From contig NC_043008.1 in the NCBI RefSeq assembly GCF_006345805.1, positions 27,032,001-27,096,000 on the forward strand: a stretch of 64,000 nucleotides of DNA, given 5' to 3'. The notes below the pieces were generated by a model that was not told where the DNA came from, searched no databases, and saw only the letters and a program-made list of their open reading frames with translations. Position 1 is the stretch's first letter. Each line of letters begins with the position of its first letter. Shown here piece by piece: positions 35,419 to 50,040 of this stretch. Source of the stretch: Octopus sinensis (Eukaryota). The translations under genes and the position numbers were made by a program.

Positions 35419-38400
35419 GTGGGAAAAGTTACTTGCCGTACGCTAACGACTATATCCAGTGCACACCCTGTGCTTTTTTTTTTTAACTATGAGCCATTCG
35501 CTTGTATTTAATATGGGGACGGACATTTCGTGGGTAAATATCTGATTCTGAACGAATCTTTAATTCAGTTCGGTTATTCTCTAGGATTCATTTCTGTTTT
35601 AATCAGATGGTTAGTGGAAAAAACTTTCAAGAAATCAACAATGTTTTAAATATGTTTCAATAATATTGTGTAATCGAAAAAATAAAGGCAAAAAAAGAGT
35701 ATTTTCAGTTTCTAAAAACTCTCTCGATTTTCCGTTTAATAATACGCCGGAAAATTGTCCACTTGCTCACTTTAATGCGTAAATAACATAGAAGTAAAGT
35801 CTAAAAATCAGTATGTGTGCAAAGCCGTGCAATTTTGGATAAACTCACATGTCTTCATGTGCTGCTAAATTTCCATCCCTCAAGAAAGGATTTCTTTTAA
35901 GAATCACATTTTTAGTTTTGACAAATTGCTGATTCTCTTCAGCCTGCTGACTTAGTGTTTGCTTATCACATACAAACAAAGTAGTCTGTAGTGATAAATT
36001 TGTCTCTTGGAAACTATCAACTTGCCCAAAACGTTGCAGCTTTTGCTAAAGAGATGCAGTGTCTTATAACTATGTCTTTTCGCAACAAGAAAGACCTTTA
36101 CTATTCTGAATTCGAAAGTGAATAAAATGTGCTCCCCGGCCACTTGATGAGCACACATCAGGTTTATTAACTCAGCTCCTTTCACTAATTACTACAAGAT
36201 TATCCTGATGAATCACTACACAAGATCCTGCTTATTTCATGATGACGACGTTAATGATAGTGATGACGTTGATGATAATTATGATGATGGTGGTGTTGGA
36301 GATGATCTCGACACAAATGTCACTGGCAGTGGTGGTAAACTATGGCTTAGCTGAAGTGACAATAATTGGAAGATTTATAGAGGAGATTTATAATAATGAT
36401 AATGAATGGCAGTGTGTGATAGTGATGTTGTTAATATTGGTATTTCTAAGTTGGTTCATAGGATTTTTAGTAACTTTGGCTACGACGACAACAACGATGG
36501 CAATAATGATAGTTATTGTGGTCGTGGTGGTGAGGGTGGTGGTGGTGGTGGCGGTGGTGATGGTAGTGATAATCATGACTACAGTCCTGATGATAATTAT
36601 GATGATGATGATAATGATCATGATGAACTGGAAACTAAATGGATTTCTGTAAACAAAACATAAGCTAACTAAACAAACAGCCTTCCAACTATAAGTGAAT
36701 CGGTAAAACGTGTACGAGTGAATGAAAACCTATAAATAAGAAGAGTGCAAACAAACTCTCTGAATGGTTTGTGGCTATAATATCAAACTAGACACTAACT
36801 TTTGAATACAGTATAAACAACCAGCTTGTTTCACTTCAAAATATATGTGTAGGAGTAAATTTAGATTGTGTATTTATGAATGTGTGTTTTTTCTCGATCG
36901 GACTTTTAGTTTGAGTTTCGACCGCTCGACTCGTTGGTGAGGATGTAAAGAAAATATATTAAAAAACCGCACCATTCTTTTTGTTATATTTTCACCCTTT
37001 AACTTTGAAGGAGATTGCAGAATTTTACTATCCAAGAATGCAAGTTCAGCAAGTCTTTGATCAAATTGGGTTTGTACATAGTCTTCTGCTTTATTAATAA
37101 TGTGTATAAAGCTGAAGGTGTAATTTCTTTACAATGTTTGCAGATTCCTCATAAAAGATACAAGGAAGTCTTTTTTCCTCCCGTATTTTTTAACATTATT
37201 AACGTCTTGCAGACAATGAATTTTACAATATTATGTTTTGTTTGTTGTATAGTCCCAAACAACAATCTAATACGTTCTTTTTTGAATATTTTTGTTTTAT
37301 ATTTAGTTACCACTAATTCGTATATAAATGCAGTTGATAGTTTTTTAAACTATTTTAAAATTACCACATTATTCCTCTTAGGTAGGGTCATATTTTTACC
37401 GTTGCTATGTTGTGGCTAATGCTTTCAGATTAGGTTATGCTTAGCTCATTTATTTTTGCAAGCTGACGCTTTTATTTTCGCATGGAAATTATATGATTTC
37501 CTTCTTTGAATTGCGCAGAGGTAAATCTCAAGATGGATTATTATGTTTTATGGTACACCATATAAAAGGCTTAGAGTGTTTTATCCTATCTATTGCTGAA
37601 TTTCATTTCTTTTGCCATGTCACCTTTCTCATTGGCATGTGTATTTGTCATTACATTTGCGGTGCTAACTAATAAATTCTAATGTTACTTGGAGAGTAGT
37701 CAGTGTCAGTTTTGGTTCCTGTTTCTCTCCTACTTTATTAGCTGTCCTAATGATGATTTCATATTCATGCATGACAGATAGTTGGCGGGTTTTTTCTAAT
37801 CTATACTTTCATTGAACTTGAAATTTCCAGTAACAGCAGCAGTTCAGAATTCATGTAGATATCTAGCTAACATCTTGTAGTGTTCAGTTCAGAAGCTTAA
37901 ATCTATGTATCTTTAGAAATACAATTTAATTTCTAAGGTTATAGGCTCAATCTCACGAGTGTATCCTCATTGTGTCCCATTCATATTTGCCTAACTAATA
38001 CATACATCAGTACATTAAAAAAGTACTTTTTGGTTGTCTCACACCCATTAAAAAATTGGTTTATCGCCTCCCGTTATCTCCTTCAACTAAAGAATTGTTT
38101 AACCCTCAAAAACACAAATAAAAAAGATGGAAACATCAATAAACATAAAAAGTGAGCAGATGAAACATTATTTTGAATCTGATTATATTTTTATAACAAA
38201 TCATGCCATGCCTATTGAGGAGGCCAAACGTCAACAGTGTATTGGAGTACTGAATCAAAAAGATCTAACTCTTTTAATCCAATATCTTATTGCCACATTT
38301 ACTCGATGTTTTAGTGGGGAGATAACCCATTTTTTTAATGGGGTGAGATGACCAAAAAGTACCCATTAAAAATTTTGTGCGTTGTCTTACTCTCATATGG

Positions 38401-39014
38401 GTGTATTTATTTCCCTCCATCCAGTTGTTTATGACCTATCTTTGACGTTAATATTTTCTGCCGTTTCTTATGTTTTATTTCCTGTTACATGTAAAGGAAT
38501 TTTGGTATTCATCTATTCGTTCAAACCAAGATTTTAACTTCATATGAAGTGCCGTGGGCTATTAGAGAACGCATCTGTAGTAGTCTGTTGCTAGCTTTAA
38601 TGTTTCCGCTACCTGACTTTACGCTGCTGTCGGCTACGATATTGTTATTGTACTCTGCATCGTTTTATAATATATTTTTAGGACAAGATTTCTAATCGCT
38701 TTTCGACCGGAAAATTCAGTTGTATGCATTAATTTATATTCAACACGTCTGTTTACTAAAGAGTTTTTTAGCACGAATCATATTCTATTTCATGAATATT
38801 GCTGGCTCTAGAGAAAAAATATAATGTTTGACTAAATTTGTACATACACAACATATAACTATTTTTTACGGAATTCTGGTGTTATGTAATATGATTTCGT
38901 CTAAGTATTGATAATTAATGCTAAAATTTAGACAATGATGATAGTCTTTAAATTCTTCGTCAAATTATAAGCATCCACACGCAGATCCGTGAAGCGTTCC
39001 ATATATTTTTTAGG

Positions 39015-39242
39015 TGTAAGCATGGCTATATAGTAAGATTCTCAACCACATGGTACCGGATTCAGTCCCACTACGTGGCACCTTGGGTAAGTGTCTTCCT
39101 ATATAGCCTCCAGCCGACGAAAGTTTTATGAGTGGACTTGGTTGGCGGAAACTGAAAGTTGTATATATATATATGTAAAATTATTTTTTCAGCCTGCGGA
39201 GAAATGGCTAAAATTTGCCCTATTTATAATTATACTATATGT

Positions 39243-39287
<45 letters not shown>

Positions 39288-39722
39288 TATATATTATATA
39301 TATATATATATATACACATATATATACGCACGCGCAGGTGTGGCTGTGTGGTATCAAGCTTGCTTCCCACTAAAACATTTCCAGGTTCAGTGCCCCTTAG
39401 GCATGTGTCTTCTGCTATAGCCTCGGTCCGACCGAAGCCTTCTGAGTGGATTTGGTAGACGGAAACTGAAAGAAGCTCGTCGTGTATACATATATATACG
39501 ACGGACTTCTTATGTATATGTATGTATGCACATGTTTGACCCCTTCCCCTGCCATCGCTTGAAATCCGATGCTTAACGGTTCGGCCATTGAGACCGATAA
39601 AATAAGTACTTGACTTACAAAGAAATAAATCCTGGGGTCGATTTCTTCGACTAAAATATATTAAGGTGGTGCGCCAGCATGACCGCAGTCAAGCACCTGA
39701 AACAAGTAAAAGAATACAAGAA

Positions 39723-39761
<39 letters not shown>

Positions 39762-39980
39762 GTTTGTGAGTGTGTGTGTCTTGTGATTGTCCCACATCAC
39801 CGCTTCCCAACCGATACAAGTTTGTTTACGTCCTCATTACTTAGTGGCTCGGAAAAAGAGACCGATGGAATAAGATTAATAAAATAAGTTTTGGTGTTGA
39901 TTCATTCAACTAAAAGTTCTTCTACGCAGTGCCACAGCATGGCCGCAGTCTAAGACCGAAAACAGATGAAGAATAAAGGA
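39015..39980 (+). mobile_element. Cluster of SINE family A: head (39015-39160), full copy (39333-39720), tail (39760-39980)
   Basis: Direct similarity to the other family A copies. Confidence 0.88.
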
Positions 39981-40699
39981 TAGCTTAGAAATAATTTAAA
40001 CTGGCTTAAATTTGCAACTGTACCTGAGTAAATGGTAAGCTTGAAAAATATTTGGTTTGTTTAGATTCTAAAATTAATGTAACCACAACCTCATGCGTCA
40101 AGAGAATCAAATGCGACCGATTTCTGCTTGAAATATAAACCATACAGATGCAACTACGTAATATGTGCTACCAAAACCTGAAATTAGACTCTTCTCCTTA
40201 TACTACATCGCACATATTTTGAACATTCTTCTTACCAATCAAATCAATTTTGAAGTAACACGTGATTGTCACTGTTAGATATACACTAAAGTAACTACAT
40301 GTACTCCCGAAACTCATACTGTCTATTCTTCCTTCATGTTATCGCCGCAATACTCATACATAAGACACTCTACATACAACCTTCACACTGGCTGCTTGTA
40401 CCGTATATATCTTTCATTCATTTGCATTCCCGATTTTATTTTTGGGCAACGTACTAGTAATGCTGCATGCATGTCTTCGTGTATATCATCCTCACGAATG
40501 CCGATATTAAGAATTTGACATTTACGAGAGAATATCGGCAACATGCATGGAAATGCATCACCAAATACAATAAAAAAAATAATATTATAAATATATGTAG
40601 GCATGTAAAGTAAAGGTTTTCTTTGTACCATATGCTTCTGCAAAATCCGAAGTGGATACGATTCTGGAAACACAGTGATTTGTGATATTTAACGTCTGT

Positions 40700-40703
40700 C
40701 TAT

Positions 40704-40780
<77 letters not shown>

Positions 40781-40835
40781 AGTCTGTATGTCTGTCTGTC
40801 TGTCTGTATCTATCTATCTATCTATCTATCTATCA
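40700..40835. repeat. (CTAT)n microsatellite; a similar (CTAT)n/(CTTT)n tract lies at 44135-44360
   Basis: Direct reading. Confidence 0.95.
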
Positions 40836-41424
40836 ATATTGATGATGTGAATTCGTGTATTTAAAGAAACCGTATTTGTCTTGAGAGGATCATTACGCAA
40901 ATTATAATCAACACACGTACTGAACTAACATCAGTTCCTTATTGTCAGTCAATCGTTTATTGAGCGCCTTCATATGTATATATTGAAATACGTCCGACTT
41001 ACGTTAAATTGTACTGAGTAATCGGCCGTTGCGCTAATTCTAAAATAACATGCTTCTTCGTCGAGGAAATGCAAATTCTAGTTGCTGATGCTTTTATTGT
41101 TTACACACACGAGAGACGTAATTTCAACATAGATCAATTATTCAACGCATGTAGAAAGTTAACCTTAATCGATTGTATGAAAAATAAAATACCAAGCTTA
41201 CGACACAAGTTAATCCTGACCCTTCTTCTGTTTCCGGTTAAACTAGAGGTCATCATCAGATAGACAGTACAATCATAACCAACAATGAATGCTATCAATA
41301 GTTCACGAATTTTAAAGCAGCTATTGTGATGACACGAATAAGTAATAATGTCTAACTGAATAGAAATCTTAAACTTATAATCAATTGGAAATTTTATCAA
41401 GCTTGCATCCCTGACATATTGATT

Positions 41425-41620
41425 TCAAATTTTGGCACAAGGCCAGCAATTTCGGAGGAGAGGTAAGTCGATTACATCCACTCCAGTATTTACTGGTACT
41501 TATTTTATAGAACCCACAAGGATGAAAGGCAAAGTTGCCCTCGGAAGAATTTGAACTCAGAACATAAAGACTGATGAAATGCAGCTAAGCATTTTTCCCG
41601 GCGTGCTAACGATTCTGCCA
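41425..41620 (-). mobile_element. SINE family B copy
   Basis: Minus GGCAGAATCGTTAGCACGCCGGG..GAGTTCAAATTC..GCCTTTCATCC. Confidence 0.85.
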
Positions 41621-41673
41621 ACTGTGTGTGTGTGTATCTGTGTGGGGGTGTATACATTTACATGTACGTATAT

Positions 41674-41716
<43 letters not shown>

Positions 41717-42216
41717 TATGATATTTATAAACGTAACTAAGGTGGCATGTATCAAACATGGGTCAAAATAAAATAAGTAGCAGGTCACGCGAAATGATAA
41801 CACCTAATCCTGAACTTCAAACAGACTACGATGTCTTCGGTTAAGCATGATCTAAAACCATGTCCTAATGCTCGAAGAGGATTTCTGGATTGGTTCAGCA
41901 TATTTGCCAAATGGAAGGAAGTCGCTTTCCTAATGATCTGCAATAGGATATTGCGTGTGTAAAATGAGCTACTGTTTAGTGCACTTGCAGATATTTAGAT
42001 GGAAGTCTCATCTAAAGATCTATCCGGGACGTATGCTGTGAAGGCAGATGTAAAACAGATAGTAGACGGCAGAAGTCAGCTGTGGGCTTTTAAAAAACAC
42101 AAGCTGACTGCATCGTCTCCGTACTACAATTTTGTAATATTCCCACTCTTGAATAGGCCAACGAAGTAACTATTTGATGTTCCTGTTTAACGGCAGCGTG
42201 AAGAATGCTGCGTGAG

Positions 42217-42265
<49 letters not shown>

Positions 42266-43972
42266 CAGAAATATCCATTGTCTTAATGATGGTAGCCGAT
42301 GAAATCTTATAGGAACGGGTCACAGTGAAGATTTATTGCATTTTTGACTTTGAGACAAAATATATATTTTTTATAAATGATTACTACCTTAAAGGCTACA
42401 TCAGATAAGCAAATAATCTACTCTAAATGCATTTAAAACATTTTAACAATCTGTACGCTATTTCATAAAATTATTTCCGTTCTCTTAGAGCATATAAACG
42501 ACAAATTTAGACGGGTCAAGATGAGCGAAACAAAATAGGGTAAATTTGCCTTTTCATTCTCCAGAGCTATATTTGCAAAACAAAATAAAGGGGAGGGGGC
42601 TGATTCACATCAATATCCATTTTCAGACGGACATCAGAAAGGTTAAAAACGCAACAAAAATATAAAATATTTTGGTCAAATTAAAAGAGGGTCATGGAAG
42701 ATTGGTACATGATATGAAATTAACGAAACTAGACTAGATCAAAAAACTTAACTGACGTTATTTTCTATGGCTTATTCACGATCTACTGGAGTGGTTCTCT
42801 TCCTCATAAATTTATGTACCATGCATTTATAGAGAAGAAATTGAAATTAGTTACATCTCAACAAGAAATCAGAAATTACTCATTTTGCTCCACTTGCCAA
42901 TTTTGCACCTTCTCCATACATTGTACAACCTATCTTTAAATAGTTAGACTATACGCGAATGACAAGGTCTATCAAACATCCCATTTCGTATTTGATTGAA
43001 TAACCGAATACAAACCTATCCCGGATATTCTTATTTTATTTATTTGTCTTTATTTTGTTAGACGCAATATTACACAGTATGCACCCTGTATTAATCACAG
43101 ATCAAACAAATATATTAATTGAAATTATATCAAGGAAAGTGTAATGCACACTTATATTTACACCATGAAATACGCTCTCTCAAAAACACATGTGCTATAC
43201 ACCTAATCTTGAAGTAACGGATAATCTGCATATTTAACGATAATTTACTTATCCCTTTCAGAAGATGAATTCAAAATATATGTTATTTGAATAACTCCAA
43301 AAAGCATCAAATTAAATTTATTATTGGATAATATGGTACTGAACCGCGTATATGTGTATACGCATTCATGTATACACTTTACAAACATAAACTTAAATAA
43401 TATTTATAGACAAAGGAAACAAATGTTAGTGATCTTTAAAATGTGTTTCTGGTACTTTCATCAATAGTTGCAGCAAGATCTGAAGAATATTCGTGTATTT
43501 GAGTGCCGGAACTCATTAGTAACTGGATGAAGACAGGAATGCTATTTAGCGTATTCATAACTATTTCTGGTAAATCAATACTTTTTTCTCAAATTATTAT
43601 ATTGGAAATATGAAATAAATGCAAGTTTCAGCACCATATTTTTTTAATATTTTGATGTATTTTTAACACTTTAATGTATTAGATTAAAAAATACAAACAA
43701 AAGGAAACGAGACAAGACAAATGAACAAACTACGTTATCTATACGGATAGATATTCAACACTTTGAAGTAAATTTATCTCTTTAGGAAATCATAGATTCC
43801 ATTTGATTGATGTCACACTATATGACCATGAAAAATTCAGATTGATATATTAGACTATAATAAATGGAACATTGGTAAACATAATAGCAAGTGAACATTT
43901 ATAAATAACAACCTGAATCCGATTGTCTACTTGAAGCCTATCTCTAAATGTATATTCTTCATCATTCTGCAG

Positions 43973-44013
<41 letters not shown>

Positions 44014-44134
44014 GTCTGTCCCTCTCCATCTCTCTCCCTCTTTCTCTCTCTCCCTCCTTCTTTCTCCCCCTCTCTCTCTGTATATATATAAATATATAAA
44101 TATATATGTATAACTGTGTATCTGTGTGTGCCTG

Positions 44135-44224
<90 letters not shown>

Positions 44225-44323
44225 CATCTATCTATCTATCTATCTTCTATCTATCTATCTATCTATATCTATCTATCTATCTGCTTGTCTTTCTTTCTTT
44301 CTTCCTTTCTTTCTTTCTTTCTT

Positions 44324-44356
<33 letters not shown>

Positions 44357-44523
44357 GTTCAGTACAAGCTGTTTTAGTGTTTTTGCGAATGTGGTCCGAA
44401 GTCATATAGTAAGGGTCGAACGATTTCCGTTCGAAGAATAAACCAGTGAGGGCAAAAAAATTAAAACTCAATGTTTCGTCTCTGAATAGAAATCAACCGG
44501 TTTCGAAGCGTGTGCGCAAACAC

Positions 44524-44563
<40 letters not shown>

Positions 44564-44572
44564 GCACACACA

Positions 44573-44610
<38 letters not shown>

Positions 44611-44879
44611 ACAAGATTTTGTAAAGAGAATTTTTTGGAATCAACACTTAGAAGGCCAGAAAGGTTTGAATACAGAATTCACAGCGAAATAAACAACAAT
44701 GAAGTCATTAAATGTTGGCAGAATATTGCAAATGTATAAGTACTAAGATTACAATATATCAAATTCTACTGAAACAGCTGTCGTAAATTTTAGACATCGG
44801 TGTTTATTGTATACATACATATATTTCTACATCTATCTATCTATCTCACTATATATCTCATTATATATATATTCATTTA

Positions 44880-45085
44880 TTATTTTATCTTTTACTTTTT
44901 GCAGTCATTTGACTGCCGCCATGCTACAGAACCGCTTTTAGGCGAACAAATCGAGCCCAGGACTTATTCTTTGTAAGACTAATACTTATTCTATCGGCTT
45001 CTGTTGCCGAACTGCGAAGTTACGGGTAGGTAAAGACACCAGCATCGGTTGTCAAGCGATGTTAAGGTGACAAACACAGACACAC
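44880..45085 (-). mobile_element. SINE family A tail; a deleted head lies at 46195-46325
   Basis: GCAGTCATTTGACTG..GACTTATTCTTTGTAAG..CAGCATCGGTTGTCAAGCG. Confidence 0.85.
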
Positions 45086-45366
45086 AAATACATAGATACA
45101 AACCCAGACTCATTTTGTGAAATCTCTTCCCAAATGTTAGTGTCTTTCGACTTTCTAAAAAAGTTCTTTCTCAATCTTAACTGTTTGAGAAAAAAATCTT
45201 CTCAATATATATATATGGCCGCGGCCTTCGGGCTAAAACATATTTAAGGATTTAAGGATATATATATACATACCCAGAAACTCGCGTCCGTGTGTATCAT
45301 AGGTGAAAGATGGGAAGGATGGCTTCTCTTTGCAAATACTGATTGGGCACAGAATGTGTATCAATA

Positions 45367-45435
<69 letters not shown>

Positions 45436-45478
45436 AATATATATATATACATATATATATATACATATATACCTATAA

Positions 45479-45550
<72 letters not shown>

Positions 45551-45643
45551 GGAAAGTTTTCGAAAATAAACAAAAGACGGAGGCAGGTGGAGTACGAACA
45601 AACAAATGTATTAGTATAGCGCTCAGGAATAGAAATAGAAAAA

Positions 45644-45684
45644 GTCTTTTACGTTTCGAGCCTACGCTCTTAGACAGAAAGATA
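45644..45684 (-). ncRNA. Degenerate minimal type-I hammerhead-like motif in a PLE-end-like repeat (45545-45750)
   Basis: TCTTT CTGTCTA A GAGC GTAG GCTC GAAAC GTA AAAGA: stems I and II pair perfectly, core deviates from CUGANGA. Confidence 0.45.
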
Positions 45685-45745
45685 CACAGAAAAAAACAAG
45701 GAGAGAAAAAAATGCGTGTAGGAGCTAACGATTTATCATGGCGTC

Positions 45746-45815
<70 letters not shown>

Positions 45816-46098
45816 TGTATATTACATGCGAAAATGCGAGCATGAAAAATAATATTCTTAAGATTATAAACCTGGAAAAGTGCAAATCAATTTATTACAC
45901 CTGTAAAATATAGGACAAGCTATTACTTGTAGTAAGGTAAAGAATAAGAAACTTTTTACTTAAAACATTGCAGCAAAGAATGCCAGTTCTTCTAATTTAT
46001 CACACTTCACAGTTCTCATCTTTTAAATTTATTGTTCAAGATTGTTCAGCTAATTTGTAAGTTTGTCTAATTAGTCACTTTTTTCTGTATTTAAGCAA

Positions 46099-46177
<79 letters not shown>

Positions 46178-46322
46178 ATATAATATACATACAATATACA
46201 CGACGGGCTTTTTTCAGTTTCCGTCTACCAAATCCACTCACAATGCTTTGTCAGCCCGAGACTATAGTAGAAAACCCCGGAACTATGACGTTGGGAACCA
46301 AACTTGTTATCACACAGTCACT

Positions 46323-46414
<92 letters not shown>

Positions 46415-46540
46415 CGCGCGTGTGTGTGTGTGTGTGTTTGAGTTTGTTTGAGTTTGTTTCTAATTGTACATATAGCCAGTATCTAAGGACAAAACAGGGA
46501 ACAGAAAATAGCAGTTGAATATCAAAATTAGAGTTACATA

Positions 46541-46893
46541 CGAGGGCGTGCTGAAAAGTTCATCGCTTTAACGGTGTCGGGTAAAGCCTTGCTGAAGGCC
46601 CAACCATCCGTGTTCTTTTACAGGGCTTAGAAAAAATTGAAGGACCGCTGCAATGAGTCTGTGAATCTGAGAGGGGCATATCTATTATTTAAAATCCATT
46701 CTCTATATCTGTGTGTGTGTCTTTTAGGATCTCGGGCATCCTCCATCTAATTGCGCTCAAATTTGATATGTATGACAACTCAGCACCGTCCATTGGACGG
46801 GGGTTGGTTTGCTTGTACTGGATAAAATCATATTCAGTTGAACCTCTTGTATTTTCTTTTACCAAAAGCCAAGAACTTTTCAGCAGCCCCTCG
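46541..46893 (+). mobile_element. Mariner (irritans-like) MITE
   Basis: TIRs CGAGGGCGTGCTGAAAAGTTC / GAACTTTTCAGCAGCCCCTCG flanked by TA; residual GLEKIEGPL-type transposase tail. Confidence 0.88.
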
Positions 46894-47441
46894 TATATAC
46901 ATTGAACGGAAAAGATTCATAAATCATTAATCCGAGTCTCATGTAGTGGTAACCAAAGTTGTACTTAGGCCACAATGCAATGTTTATAAATAGTGAAGTG
47001 AGATTTAGTTTGCATATAAGTAAATAAACATTTAAAACTGACATGACAGAAGGTTGTCACATTTTACAATGTATGGGACCAATTAGATGTGTTGAGAGTT
47101 TGAAAAAAAGATCAAAAACATTAACAAGTAAATTAAAGTTGATTGAAACGAAGATTTATACGTTTAGGAAGCCTACCATTTAATCATTTTAAAGTCAGCG
47201 ACCGCAGAAAGATAATACATGGTAAAATAAAGAAATAAAATTTAACAAGCAAAAAACATTTTAGAATTCACGAAAGAAATATAATAAAACCACATACATA
47301 CATACATACACGTATGTGTCTAAGTAAAAATAAACACACACACATATATGGTATATGTATTAATGTATATATGTGTAAGTATGTATATATGTATGCGTGT
47401 GTGAGTTTACATACATATATACATACATACATATATATATA

Positions 47442-47519
<78 letters not shown>

Positions 47520-48577
47520 TATATACATACATATATGTATACATACATGTGTGGGATATATATAGTACATACTTTAGCTGTTATTTGATACTAGCAAACT
47601 CAAGCCGCAAAAGAGTAGTGACAGTTACGTTACTGATAGAAAATGGAACGTACATTCAGAACAATAGGAGAAACCGATGATAAATGTCTTAGCTAAAGGC
47701 TCTGCACTTTTTATTTCCCAACATTATGACAATAATTCTTAAATCTCCTAATATATTTTGTCTATCAAAAATTTTCATAACAAATCATTTATGACATATT
47801 TATGGACATCATATGCGCGCGCACGTGTGTGCGTGCGTCCCTGTGTATGTATGTATAAGTATCTATATATATATTTATATATATATATATATATATATAA
47901 TCATTTTTTATATCCATGACAGGTTATTTCAGTATCGACCGCAATTGTGTTTTGATTGATAGTCATCCTATTCTTTCTATTCAATCTATTTAATCCCTTG
48001 ATACTTGGGAGACTTTGCCGTTCTGATTAGTTATAAGACACTTAACGTCTTGCTTTTCTCATTTTATTTTTCCTTAATTTTTCTTTTCCTTTTTTTTTGG
48101 TTTGTGACTTCCACTCATTCTGATGTCTGACTCTCTCCTATTTAAATGCTAGTCTTTCAATATTTATATGCGCGATTCATTCAGGATAGGACCATTATAC
48201 CACTCAACAGTGTTTGTATGTGTGAGTTTGCGCCATTTTAAAACTAAGCGAATCACGTCTTTTTTCTGTGATTTCTTCCTTTGAATATGAATCATGAATG
48301 TAAGCGATAATATGTTTCTCGCAATATTCACGACAAAGATTTGTATTTCATTTTGATCAAATTACCTACTACGTCACCTAGTACGTCACCTTCCATCACC
48401 TGAACCTTTGTCTCCAATCAACATACACTTCTCATTCGTTTGCTATTTAAGTGTCTCTCTGTCTGTATAATAGGAGACAGAAACATCTAAATTATTATGT
48501 GATGTTACCAGTCTATCTTTCCTATCTATTATCTACCTATCTATCTATCTCTGTTTATATATATATATATATATATA

Positions 48578-48633
<56 letters not shown>

Positions 48634-48954
48634 CACAAAATGGGACAAGAACACAAAACATCCAGATAGACGATACAAAGAAAACAAGGACGGGTCATTC
48701 GAAGTTTACTTTCCTCAGTCGAGTTCTAGATTATCCTTGCAATTTCGGCTGGTCATACTCGAAATTGTTCCAATCTGGCCAGCCCCAAGGAAAAACTAAT
48801 CTAAGCGTATTAGATTCATTGGAAGAAAGCAGCGAATGTATACGAAAACAAGGACGGAAAAATACGGAGAATGTTACACAAATACAAATTGTGCATGGTT
48901 TCTTGACGTATACTTTGATTTCAAATACCTCGATAAGAAGAAATCACAAGCGGT

Positions 48955-49816
48955 AAGATCGTCGGACTTTGGTGACCATTAATGTTCACCATGCAAGGAT
49001 ATCACTCGTTGCGAAAATTTTTCATGGTTTAATGCAAACGTTTATCAATCTCCGTATCTTCCAAGTTTGGCCATAGCTGAGCGGATATCATAAATCGGTA
49101 ACGTTCTCCATTAATTGTAACTGCAATCTCCTCATTATTTTCAAAGAACGGTCCAAGCACTCTGCCTTCACTAAAACCACACCCCACAGTGTGTGTCGCT
49201 TTCAGTGGATGCATTTCACGCACTTTCATTATTTGAGAATTTTCATTTTCCCAAATCCGGCAATTCTGTCTATTGGCAAATTCACACAAGTAGTCAGGTG
49301 GATGAAGATGCTGTGGAAGTGTTGAATTTTGTACACTTGCATATGTAGGTTTTTATCTAAAATTCGATGTAATGAAGTGGTCGGGATGTCCAGCTGTGGC
49401 GAATCGATTTTCCCGGGTTAAGAGTGATACTATCTCACATAACAGCAATGTGTTGCTCTGTCAGACGAGAACAATTCCGCCAAGGTGATTTGGCCGTTGC
49501 AACAGAACCAGTTGTTTTAAAGTTCGTCATTAGTCTTTGAACTGTAGACTCGTGGAGTGCTTCATTTCTACCCAAAATAGTACGAAGTGTACGAGCTGTT
49601 TGCGTCGCACTTTCTCCGTTTTGGTAAAATATCTTCCCGATGAGACACGTTGCCAAGTTGTAAACTGTTCCATGACACATTGCACACTATCCTGAAAAAC
49701 GAAAAAGAAACTTTTAATGGGAGTGAAGAAAGATTGTTAACAACATGATAAAAGCATGCCTTCAAGCTTCAAAAGTGTCGCCTATTCAAATTAGGCGTTC
49801 TTTATGGAACACCCTA
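48955..49816 (-). mobile_element. Tc1/mariner rosa-like (DD41D-type) transposon fragment
   Basis: ORFs 49435..49680 (YQNGESATQTAR HTH) and 49029..49289 (NRQNCRIW..GPFFEN..VTINGERYR); one TIR TAGGGTGTTCC. Confidence 0.85.
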
Positions 49817-49910
49817 TATATATATATATATATATTGTTCTATATTTTAGAGACGAAGAATTCCGTACGTTATTTACATTGGACGGATATTTGTCCTAAT
49901 CTTTTTTGTT

Positions 49911-49956
49911 GTTACCTGATGAAGGCTGGAGAGCAAATCAGCCGAAACGTTGTGGT
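49911..49956 (+). ncRNA. Minimal type-I hammerhead ribozyme with intact catalytic core
   Basis: GTTAC CTGATGA A GGCTG GAGAGCAAAT CAGCC GAAAC GTT GTGGT; palindromic AACGTT stem III; predicted cleavage after GUU at 49951. Confidence 0.75.
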
Positions 49957-49994
49957 ATCAACAAACAAGATGACGGCACATATCTGTCCAATGT

Positions 49995-50039
<45 letters not shown>

Positions 50040-50040
<1 letters not shown>

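Noticed and set aside
36915-36950. Minus-strand CCAACGA-GTC..GTC-GAAAC motif
   Set aside because: Three core/stem mismatches; indistinguishable from chance.
37015-37419. 134-aa hydrophobic ORF
   Set aside because: AT-rich codon artefact starting at TTG; no recognisable motif on either strand.
41060-41400. Possible third Naiad remnant with CTGATGATGACC motif
   Set aside because: Similarity is too faint to support; stem II lacks a complementary partner.
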